DNA of 64,000 nucleotides, from assembly GCA_951406725.2 (NCBI GenBank), contig OX597815.1, forward strand, positions 114,824,001 to 114,888,000, read 5' to 3'. A program made the position numbers and the translations under genes. This document shows, one piece after another, positions 53,296-64,000 of the stretch; the stretch's first letter is position 1; every line of letters begins with the position of its first letter. The notes below the pieces were generated by a model that saw only the letters and a list, made by a program, of their open reading frames with translations, was not told the DNA's origin and made no database searches. This DNA is from Octopus vulgaris (lineage: Eukaryota).

Positions 53296-55459
53296 GAGAA
53301 CTAAGTTTATGAATAAGTTTTGATTCTCAAAAAAAGTGGATTCATCTCAATTACACTTAAAAGCTGGTGATATTGTACCATGAGGCAAGAAATCAATACA
53401 TTAGTAATATATATTGATTTAATTGGAAATCTCAAATCACTGCTAGCTATTGTCATTACCACTGTATTTTCAAGACATTGTTTTATTTAGTTTAAGTTTA
53501 CTTGAATTATATTTTTAAATATAATTTTAATTAACTTAATTCAAGATCAAAATTAAATTTCATCTTTTTTTCCTTGATTTTTGTTAATTTTCCCAAATGG
53601 GTTCAAGATTAACAAGAACCCTACTGCCACAGTTAATGGAATGCTACATTGCAAAACTGAGAAGAAATACACACAAAAATATTAATGTTTTTGATCTAAT
53701 CAAACATGCTGGATTAATTGACTATCTGGTTAAATGACCTTGTAGTTTGTTAAATTATAATCATTTTAAAACAAATCTTGAAGCAAAAAAACAAACAAAC
53801 AAACTAAAATGTTTCTTTCATTTCATCTTAAAATAAACATAAAATAAAAGTATAAAAAATACATTTAAAAAATTTGAAGTCTTTGGTGCAAAAATTGAAC
53901 AGCAAAGGTTTAAAGTGAATTATCTGATCAGATATTTTTATCTTTTGACTTTAGATATTTCTCAATGCACTTTAACAAAGGAAACAAAACAAAAACAGAG
54001 GGGAAAAAAACAAACAGAACACTCCCTAAAAATACTGATGTCTTTTGAAAAAAAATTTACACATATCTAGTAGAATACATTTCATTTCTTAAATAGATAG
54101 TTCTCTCCCTTCATCAGAAGATTCTTCTGCAAAAATTTGTTTGGTTGATACAAAAAGGTAGATAAAACAGATCATGTTTAAATCGCCATAAAAAATTAGT
54201 ATTGAGATATCTTTAAATACCCATTACTATAGTTTCTTTGGAATTCCATCAACAATTTAATGGTCAAAGAATATAGAAAAAAGATATCTTGTGTGAGGTT
54301 GACAATAAATGCAGCTTATCACAAAAAAACAAACATTTGCTATTGCTACCCCTGATCAATCAGTAGAGTGATGGTTTGAAGGACAGTGAGGAGGAGGAGG
54401 AGGAGGAGGCAAACTAGTTGTTCCACTTGAAGCTTGGAAGGAATCTTTACCACACTGATTAATTCATGGAACAATCTAGTTTGGGTTTACAGTATAAATT
54501 CAAGACTCAGACCATTTTTAATATCTGAATTAATGATTCCTTAAGCAACTTCATAGTATGCTTATATTTTTATACATTATAGGGATAGATTATTAAAATA
54601 TAATTCCAATATTGACCTTTATCTGAAATTAACTTGACAGATAAAAGTAGATCATAATGTCAAATCACTCTTTGAACCCCTTGTCAGTTAAGAAATCTAA
54701 GCCTTGACCACACTGGAGCTCGGATTAAGGGTCCAATATATCAGTTTAAATGTTAGTTAAGCTGAATAGTGAGAAAAGGCTTATATAAAATCAAATTAAT
54801 TATTCTGTCAGTGACTTATCAAGTTGGACTCAGTGACGGTACATCTTAGTGAAGCAGTTGATTGATTATTAATCAACAACATTATGTTTCCCAATGTGGC
54901 AATAAATATGGCCCTGTTCTCAAGTGAGAAGTACCTGAATTGATGCTCATCAATGGTTCTCAATTAGAAAAAAAAAACTTGAAATGAACAAGAACAAAAC
55001 AAGGAAATAATCACAACATTAGGATTATTTCCAAAATATTTTAGAAAGAAAGAAAATCAATAAATATATTGCTCAGGTCTTCCACCTCACTGTGTTACTT
55101 TACCTCTCACTTTATAGACAAGGGTAAATATTTTAGCCATTTTCTTCTTTTTCTTCTTCGCAATACCAAATAAGTATAGCAGGTAAAAACTGGTCATAAC
55201 TTTCAAAGCAGATCATTTCTTCCAGAAATTATAAAAAAAAAAAAAAATTCCTCCATTTGGCTGAAGGTAATTTTACAAAATATATTCAGCCTTAGCAGAT
55301 GTTTTACAGAAATTGTGTTAAACTGTTTTAGCAAATGGAGAAAACGGGTTAAACTATAAAATATTCTGCTAAATTATCATCTTTTGATACATTATAATAA
55401 TTCCTTGAAATTTGCTCAATGTTTGAAGAAGTATATTTGTATGAGTGTGTGTTTAAAAA

Positions 55460-55563
55460 TTATGAATCAATTGTGTCATCTAAAGATGCGGCCACTTTAT
55501 GTAACATGAGCTGAATTTCGTCAAATGCTGCTTCAACTTCTGCTGCAGTTCGTGCAGGACGTT
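55460..55563 (-). CDS. Unidentified gene, terminal coding exon
   Basis: ctctcccacag|(K)RPARTAAEVEAAFDEIQLMLHKVAASLDDTIDS* (TAA); 104 nt. Confidence 0.85.
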
Positions 55564-56759
55564 CTGTGGGAGAGACAGAGAGAAAATATATAAATAAATT
55601 ATAAATGTTCAATCTAAAATGAAATAATAAGCATAAACAAGCCAGTAATTATAAGATGAAATGACATCAAGGTATATTAAGTTGATGTTTTTAAAGGCAA
55701 AATGAATACGAAACATGATTATAATGGTAATATGAATAGATTTGTTATTTTTTCATGTGAGTGTTCTGCATGTCATGTTGTTTTGGAGACAGTTGACTTG
55801 CTGAAGATTTAGCTGATTTTAATTAGCTAAAATTTCCTCAAAATTCTTCAATAACCACTACCAGAGTGGTTTAGTCAACACAGGAGCAAGATTGATAACA
55901 ACACAAAGCAAGCTTCTATTCTGCACCTGCACAATAAAAATATTACATGACAGAATAACAGCAATGTCAAGACAGGTTTTGGATATCTGAATAGAAATAA
56001 TTCATATTACTCAAACATTTGACAAGTATATTTCAACTGAGATAGCAAATGAAGGCCATTGGAATGGTAATAGCTGTGACAAGGCCAAAATAATTAATCA
56101 CAGAGCTGTTAGTAATTTATGGAAATATTGTCCTCATGAGCTTCCTCTCACAGTGAGACCATCTTTCCATGCTAGCATGGGTTGGACACAGACTTATTTG
56201 AAACAGAATTTTACAGCCAGATGCTCTTACTGTCAACAACCCTTACCTGTTGAAAAACAGGTAATAATGCCACCAAAGAATATAAACACACACACACACA
56301 CATATCAGTTTCCTACAATTTCTGTCTACCAATTCACTCACAATCCAAAGGTCTAGTAATTATTGAAGGACCGTCAACTTTGCACTGTTGTGTAAATAAA
56401 TAAGTTGTGAGTGGCACAGTTTTGTTTACATTTTTATAAGTAGCTTTCAACTACTTTATTTCAGCAGTGAAAGAGAGATGAGCAAATCTCTCATTTAATA
56501 GCAATGAAATTAGTTGGTGCCAATGTGAAAGCCTGTAGAAAAGAAACACACGCACACACACACACACATTTCCACTGTTTCTGTCTGCCAGATTTCATGC
56601 AGAAGATAATGATCAGACTGAGGTTATAGTAGAACCCTAAACCAAGTCGCAAAGTTCACTAAGTAACCACACATCCAAGCCTATACCTGATTGATTGTAT
56701 ATTTATATATAATAACATTGGCTTTTTCATCAGACTAACCCATAGCCAGTTTGGGGAAG

Positions 56760-57096
56760 AAAGACATATAGTTGACTGGATTAACCCTAGTGAAGAATAA
56801 GGCAGGTAATAAGGGCCTGTGAGGAACTTCTTGCTACAGTAAAGAAATATAAGCTCAGGTGGTTTGGGCATGTCACCTGCTCATCAGGGATGGTCAAAAC
56901 AATCCTTCAGGGAACAGTCAAAGGTGGCAGACACAGAGGCAGACAGAGAAAGAGGTGGGGAAACAGCATCTGTGAGTGGACAGGCCTAAAGTTGAGAGAC
57001 ACAGGGCGAGAGGCAGAAGACAGAGATGGATGGAGGGATCTGGTTGCAAAGTCATTAGTGGTGCCCCAACAGTCAGCCAGACTACAGAATAAGTAA
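56760..57096 (+). mobile_element. RTE (BovB-like) LINE 3' end
   Basis: KLRWFGHV...TILQGTVKGGRHRGRQRKRW...AEDRDGWR. Confidence 0.85.
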
Positions 57097-57322
57097 AATG
57101 TAAATTACTGGTACTTATTTAATGATACTCGGAGGCTGAAATTTAAAATCACCATGGGCGAATCTGAACTTATTAACCACAGTAAGTAAACTTCCTAAAC
57201 ACATTCAGTCTAGTGCTTCATTATCTTGACCATTTCCAATGGAGGGTAAACTTTTTGAAATATTTACATCAGTTATTGCGTGTGTGTGTGTGTGTGTGTT
57301 ATAAAGTAGGAAAGATACATAC

Positions 57323-57400
57323 TTATGTGAATGGGATCTGGAGCTTTAAGATGGATGTTTGGGGACAGAACACTTTGAACAGTTATCAAAAATGTACCAC
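57323..57400 (-). CDS. Unidentified gene, penultimate coding exon
   Basis: ttccag|(G)GTFLITVQSVLSPNIHLKAPDPIHI+A|gtatgt; 78 nt, phase 1-1. Confidence 0.85.
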
Positions 57401-58177
57401 CTGGAAATTAAAAAAGAAAAAAATCACAAAAATGTAAACATAAGATCAGCTCATATGATTATATATTGAATGCATACTCATATATAAGTGGTAAGTTTAT
57501 AGAATTTCATGTAACACTTTAAGAGCTAGTTTGAATCAGTTGGTCAGTTAGTTGGCTGATCACCTTAACTATCTGCCTCTCACTTTCTTTTAATATAGCA
57601 AAATGAGAGAGATCAAAGATCAAAGCTTGTCTGCAATTAGTAAGATATCTGTAATTTAAAGTTACAGATATTATACTAAAACTTCTCTAAAATACTGATT
57701 ACATTGAAAATTAACAGAAACAAATTAGTCTATTTGTTAAAAACATAGTCATGAAAGGAGTAAATACTGTGCTTGAACATGAAAAAAATTTATCTATAAT
57801 TTCAAAATTATATTTTTGTTATACAAATACTTACTGGAAAAAATTTTGATATCATCAAATATGGCAACATTCATTTTACTATCTTTACACGGGAGTAGCT
57901 GTGATCTGATACAGCCACCAATTGTGGCACCTGTAATGAAGAAAGGAAGAGAAAAAAACTTATTACATTGTGGAGTTTTATTTAATTCTAGAATAACTGA
58001 ATTATGATAACTACCCATGATCTTTTACAGGGCATCTAAGACTAATGGGAGGGAGGGAAATACCCTCAAACCAAATGGTTTGAATGTTTTCAATAGAGTG
58101 GATTCTACTGAAGAAATTGAAGGTGCCATATCAAATTTATCAAATGTAATCCTTATTTATTCACATTGTTTTTTGAA

Positions 58178-58421
58178 GCTGGCTACCTGGATAGTTCTTG
58201 GTCTATCGAAGGAGAAGGGCTTTCTCCGTCCGGGTTGCTGATCCGTGGAATAAGCTGCCGGACGAGATTGTGAAGATGCTGATGACTGCTCGGTTCAAAG
58301 TCTCTCTTGACCAGAAATGGCCTGAACTCTTTGGATGAACACCCTCCCTGTACATAACTCCATGTCCCCCTACATGGCCTTGCTTTTTGCTTTTTGAGCC
58401 AAAAAATTAACTTAACTTAAC
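58178..58421 (+). mobile_element. Short 5'-truncated CR1 insertion
   Basis: RRRAFSVRVADPWNKLPDEIV...FKVSLD, (CTTAA)n tail, flanking direct repeat cattgttt..gaa; CpGs retained. Confidence 0.85.
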
Positions 58422-59084
58422 ATTGTTTAGAATTAATCATGCATTATCTTGTAACTTTGATATTTAATTGATCTGATTGCATATTTTTACAATGATATTA
58501 TAGGGTAGGTGTGAGAAGCTGGAATTGGCTGGTTTAAACATGAAACAGTCAGAATATTTTGGCTGGATATGATTGGTTTAAATGCTAAAGGGTTAAAGCC
58601 AGCAACAGATTAAGTCTACCATCCAAGTAGGCCATGATGAAATTTTAACTCAGAATCCAAAGTACAGGCACAAATTCTAGAAAGCATCCAGTCTGATGTT
58701 CTTTCAGATCTGCCAGTTCACTAACCTGGATTAATACTTTTTTTTTAATTGACTCCAAAAAGATGAAAGGCAAAATTGATGTTGGCTGGATTTGAATCAG
58801 AGCACAGAGAGTCAACTTGCATTTATGTACAAGATCACAGCATTTAGAATAGGATACAGGCGATTTTGACAACAACCATTAGAACTTGACAGTTAAGCTT
58901 CACAGGATATATTTTTTTATGTCTAGGGTAAATGAGGAATTTATCTCCAAACCAAAAATCTGGCCTGAATGCTTAAAACAAAATGGACTATGTTAAAGGC
59001 ATTTAAGGGTCAGGTGGTGTTAAACAGTACAACAGATAAATTCTCCCTATTATGAACATGAAGAGAAAAGATATAACTTAATGT

Positions 59085-59422
59085 GAAGGGGCATGGCTCA
59101 GTGGTTAGAGCATTGGGCTCACAATCATGAAATAGTGAGTTTGATTCCCAGACCGGGCTGTGTGTTGCGTTCTTGAACAAGGCACTTTATCTCATGTTGC
59201 TCCAGTTCAATCAGCTGCAGAAATGAGTTGTGACATCACTGGTGCCAGACTGTATTGGCTTCTACTTTTCCCTTTGATAAAATCGGTGGTGGGGAGATGG
59301 GAGGCTGGTATGCATGGGTCACGATTGGTCTTCCATAAACAACCTTGCCTGGACTTGTCAGAGAGTAACTTTCTAGGTGCAATCCCACGGTTATTCATGA
59401 CTGAAGGAGGTCTTTACCCTTT
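59085..59422 (+). mobile_element. tRNA-derived SINE, same family as 23786-24115
   Basis: Collinear similarity over ~330 bp. Confidence 0.88.
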
Positions 59423-59624
59423 GTAACTAAATAACAATGATGAAAAACTGTCTACTACAACTTGATTGGTATTTTATTTCACATCCCAGAAGGCTGAAAG
59501 GTAAATTCAGCCTAAGTGGGGTTTGAACTTAGAATGGAAAAAGAACTAGTACTGTGGAATTTAGTTTGATGCTCTACCGATTCCACCAGCCAACTCCTGA
59601 AACATTCACAACAGAAAAACTTAC

Positions 59625-59741
59625 CATTAACTATGATTTCTAACATATCTGAATTACCAGCTGACTGCACAATGAAACGAGGCAAGCGAGATCCTTCTTC
59701 AGCTTCAGTGATTGGAGGTTTCTTCCAAAGCAATGGATATT
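59625..59741 (-). CDS. Unidentified gene, third-last coding exon
   Basis: caatag|(E)YPLLWKKPPITEAEEGSRLPRFIVQSAGNSDMLEIIVN+G|gtaagt; 117 nt, phase 1-1. Confidence 0.85.
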
Positions 59742-60686
59742 CTATTGAATTATAAATGTAAAAGATATTCCATAGAATCAAAAATAGAAATGTTGTACTT
59801 AAATATAATGTTTGACTTTTAAGGCAAGAGATGTATAGTTTGATTTCTATTATTTGGTCCATTGTTATTTTATAAACTTAAATTGTTTACAAATATACAA
59901 TGTTTAATGGTGAATATATCTCTTGTGCCCATGAAGATGTCCAGGTATCACACATGCACAGGTTGTCCTGTGCATGGTAAGGTGAACATGGAATAGCTAT
60001 CTCACACTAGTCATCATTAGAACCAGTGTATGAATAGAATTGTAAGAGAGAACAGAGAGCTTTTAATGCCAGAGCGTTGTTGACACCAGAGTCACCTGAC
60101 TGGCCCCTGTGCTGGTGGCATGTTAAAAGCACCCACTACACTCTAGGAGTTGGTGGCATTAGGAAGGGCATCCAGCTATAGAAACCTTGACAGATCAGAC
60201 TGGAGCGTGGTACAGCCTCCTGCCGTGCCTGTCCTCAGTCAAACTGTCCAACCTATGCCAACATGGAAAGCGGATTATAAACAATGATGATGATAATAAT
60301 GATGTATGTATGTCTATCACTTTTAAGTTATCACTACAGATTTTCTATAAAATTTTAGAGCCAACACTAAAAGTTGTGACATTTCATATACAAATATGCC
60401 TATGTAAACAATGCAAACGCATTATTTACATAGACATATTCATATATGAATTTTCATAACTTTCAGTGCTGGCTTTAAATTCTAAAGCAAATCTGTAGAG
60501 ATAACTTAAAGTGATTATATCACACTGCCACATTGCTAAGTATTTCAATCATTTCTGTCAACTTAATGGCTCACCTTTCTCCACTATTGATTATTTGTCA
60601 ATTTAACTACAACTTACATTAAGTGGAAAAAAAAAAAAAAGGATGTCATTTAGTAAAGTTAAAAGAAAAGAAAAATGAAGATTAAC

Positions 60687-60747
60687 CTTTAATTTTCAGA
60701 GCTCCTAAATGCATCAGCATGTGTCGGACTTGATCTATATTTGGAAG
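60687..60747 (-). CDS. Unidentified gene, fourth-last coding exon
   Basis: ttgtag|LPNIDQVRHMLMHLGALKIK+G|gttaat; 61 nt, phase matches the next exon. Confidence 0.8.
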
Positions 60748-60877
60748 CTACAAGAAATTGAAAAAAAGAAAAAATGGCAGAAACATCTGTTAGAAGCATC
60801 CATTTACATATCTAATTAAGAATTTGAAAATATCACAATTTCCTTAATAATGATGATGATTATGATGATAATAATAA

Positions 60878-61668
60878 GGAACTACCAGGCCAACATATTA
60901 AAGAACAGCAATAGCCCAACATGTCATTTATGCTAACAACAAAATGAAACCATTGATCAAGTTGTTTCTATGTCAGTCTTCTTGTGCCTACAGAGTATCT
61001 CAACAGGCATGATAGAGCAGCAGAGTATATTCGCTGGGTAATTTGCAAAAACCTGAACTTGACCCATGATAAAAACTGGTGGGAACACAAACCACCTCCA
61101 GTGCTTGAAAATGACCACATCTCACTCCTCTGGAACTTCACTGTTCAAACTGACAGAAAGATAGATGCGAATAGGCCAGAGATTATATTGAAAGACTTCA
61201 GACAAAAATCATGCCTCTTCATTGATATGACTGTCCCAATTGACATAAATGTATCTGTCAAGACCTACCAAAAACTGAGCAAGTATAAAATCTTAAAATA
61301 GAAATTGGCAAAATGTGGAACCTCGAGGACTAAAACAATACCTGTTGTCATAGGTGCCCTATGAATGATAGCAAAGGGGGCTGATTCCTACCTAGCTCAG
61401 ATACCAAGAAACTCCAAAATGGCAGAAATTCAAAAGATAGTGCTCATGGGAATTGCCCATATCCTACATAAAATATTGTCTATGTAATCTCAAATTTTAA
61501 AACAAACTTATAATTTTCTTGTTTTCTTAAACATTCTCTCAAACAATACTATGTGCAAAACCAAATATATGACACTTTAGGCTTCGAACTTCTAATTTGT
61601 TGTCTCTTGAGGTTTCTGAGTGAGACTTGGAGTCAACTTCTACAAATACAAAGCAAAAGTCAAACATA
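60878..61668 (+). mobile_element. R4/Dong-type 3' fragment
   Basis: EYLNRHDRAAEYIRWVIC...LLWNFTVQTDRKIDANRPEII...IDMTVP...KLSKY, IPVVIGAL; TAA flanks. Confidence 0.9.
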
Positions 61669-61683
61669 TAATAATAATAATAA

Positions 61684-62060
61684 TCCTTTCTACTAAAGGC
61701 ACAAGGCCTGAAATTTGGGGGAGGGGGATAGTCAATTTCATCAACTTCAGTGTTCAACTGATACTTATTCCATTGAGCCCGAAAGGATGAAAAGAATTTG
61801 AACTCAGAATGTGCAGAAAGAGGAAATGCTGCTAAGCATTTCGCCCGGTGCTAACTAATCTACCAGCTCACCATCTTAAATGATAATTATAACAATAACA
61901 ACGACAATAATTATTATGGTTCCAAATTTTTGCACAAGGCTGGCAAGTTTGGGGTGGGGGTAAATTGATTACACTGACCTCAGTATTCGACCCTGGTACT
62001 TATTTTATCAACCCTGAGAGGATGAAAGGCAAAGTCAATCTTGGTTGAATTTGAACAAGG
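61684..62060 (-). mobile_element. Two ATT-tailed SINE copies
   Basis: ~61684-61878 and ~61920-62060. Confidence 0.8.
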
Positions 62061-62204
62061 ATTTTGAAATTTGTACTTGAGGGTTAAGTATTGTGAGAAG
62101 AGACCCTGTGAGACCTTTCCCAACAGGTTGTTGCCTATGCTTACAGGATTAGCTGGAGAAAGTAAAATCAGGAGCTTTGAGAAGTAAAATGGAAATAATA
62201 ATAA

Positions 62205-63590
62205 TGATAGTGATTGGCACATTTGGAAGTATCATCATTCAACTATCAACATAGCTCAAAAAGATTGGTACAAATGTGAAAATAGAAAACCTACAAAAAT
62301 CATTATTGCTTGGAACTGCAAGAGTTCTCTGCAGGGTTCTTGAAGCATGACCAGTAAACAAGTGTCACCTTAGTCTGCTGGTTGTTGACAGCAGACACTT
62401 TCCACAATGCCTAGCAAAATAAGCTGAGAGTTTTTTTCTAATAATAATAATATTTCAAGGAGACACGCTCTCTCCACTCCTTTTCTGCTTGGCACTGACA
62501 CCTTTAGCTGACATGCTAAATAGAATTGGATGTGGATACAACTGTTATGGCAAAGCAATCAACCATCTCTTGTATCTGGATAATCTAAAACTGTATGCTA
62601 CAAATGCTAAACAGCTGGAAACATTACTACAGATAGTACATGGATTTACCAAAAAAATAAACATGCAATTTGGCTTAGAAAAATGTCTCAAAGCAACCCT
62701 GAAAAGAGGAAACTAGTTAAGAGTAACAATAGCACTCTAGATAAAACAAATGAAATACAAAAATTAGACCAAAGCCAGATATACAAATACTTAGGAATGA
62801 ATGAGCTAGATACAATACAACACACACAAATGAAAGAGAAGATAAGAAAGGAATACTATAGATAAGTTAGATCAATAATGAAAACAGCTCAATGAGAAAA
62901 ACAAGATAATAGATATCAACACTCTAGACAGGAAAACAAGAAAAATAATGACAGGATTTAGAATGCACCACCCAAAATCTGAAAGGCTATATGCTAGGAT
63001 GCACCACCCAAAATAGAAAGGCTGTATATACAATGTATCAAAGGTGGTAGAGGCCTTATACAGCTATAGATCTATTATAAAACACCACCATTGGACTACA
63101 GAAATATCTACTTCAGAAGCAAGGAAAACTAATACAAATAGCTACAAAACATGAACAAAACAAAAAACTGTTTTCTGTCTTTAAGGAAGGTGACAAATAT
63201 GAAAATACCAAGAAAAGAATGCTTTCTCATCAATGTATCAATACCAACAGGTGACAATGTTTCTCTAAAAGAAATGGAGAAACTTTCAAAGTACAAAGAT
63301 CTGGAAATAGAGGTAACATGAATGTGGAGCCTAAAAACAGAAACAATTCCTATCATAGTAGGTGCATTAGGTATGATAAAAAACATTCGGACAAATACAT
63401 AACAAAAACACCAGGGCTACAAGTATATATAACATAGAGAAAATAGCACTACTAGGCACTGCACGCCTAAAACACTTCCAATACAGTGAAAATAACAGCA
63501 TCACAACAAACCACAGCACATACCCGAAGCATACAGAGCTGCGCTCATTAGTGCAGTGAAAGCACATGATAAAAATAAGACTGCTAATTA
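62205..63590 (+). mobile_element. Two adjacent R4/Dong-type fragments (~62205-62438 and 62451-63590)
   Basis: First: LQKSLLLGTARVL plus a UTR like 21190-21270. Second: IFQGDTLSPLLFCLAL, NHLLYLDNLKLY, FGLEKC, YKYLG, EKLSKYKDLEIE, IPIIVGALG; internally deleted. Confidence 0.88.
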
Positions 63591-63610
63591 ATAATAATAA
63601 TAATAATAAT

Positions 63611-63825
63611 CCTTTCTACTAATGGCACAAGGCCTGAAATTTTGGGGGAGGAGGAAAGTCAATTACATCGACCCCAGTACTTGACTAGTGCTAAATTTAT
63701 TGACCCTGAAAGGATGAAAGGCAAAGTTTACTTTGATAGAATTTGAACTCAGAACATAAAGATGGATGAAATGCTGCTAAACATTTACCCCAGCATGCTG
63801 ACAATTCTGCCAGCTCACCACCTTA
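63611..63825 (-). mobile_element. ATT-tailed SINE
   Basis: Family consensus match between two (AAT)n tracts. Confidence 0.88.
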
Positions 63826-63844
63826 ATAAAAATAATAATAATAA

Positions 63845-63875
<31 letters not shown>

Positions 63876-64000
63876 AATGATTTCTTTTATTGGCCACAAG
63901 AGCCCAAGACATGGAGGACAATATCGCAGAATGAGTTACAGCACAAAAGAAATTACACAAAAACATGTGGGGTTAACATCAATCAAAGAGAGATACTACC

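Noticed and set aside
62963-63030. ~36-bp tandem duplication (atgcaccacccaaaat...aaaggct)
   Set aside because: Local duplication inside a dead R4/Dong fragment; no sign of function.

Overview
AT-rich, repeat-dense animal DNA. The SINE/LINE families resemble those of octopod cephalopods (species assignment is an inference). Three intron-containing genes are visible: (1) coding exon 1 of an APPL1/2-like adaptor on the minus strand (14763-14816), with the rest beyond the left edge; (2) a complete 8-exon PSMD6/Rpn7 proteasome lid gene on the plus strand (25186-41577, 390 aa, all GT-AG and in phase); (3) the last four coding exons of an unidentified minus-strand gene (55460-60747). The rest is mostly mobile DNA: RTE, CR1, Jockey-like and R4/Dong-type non-LTR remnants, tRNA-derived SINEs, mariner relics, MITEs, a non-autonomous Helitron and long microsatellites. 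Most notable are three unrelated inverted-repeat pairs carrying minimal hammerhead-ribozyme-like motifs of Penelope type (39819-40152, 49641-50020, 50043-50340), and two nests where R4/Dong fragments (+) and ATT-tailed SINEs (-) alternate across (TAA)n tracts. All calls were made by eye without searches; repeat boundaries are approximate.
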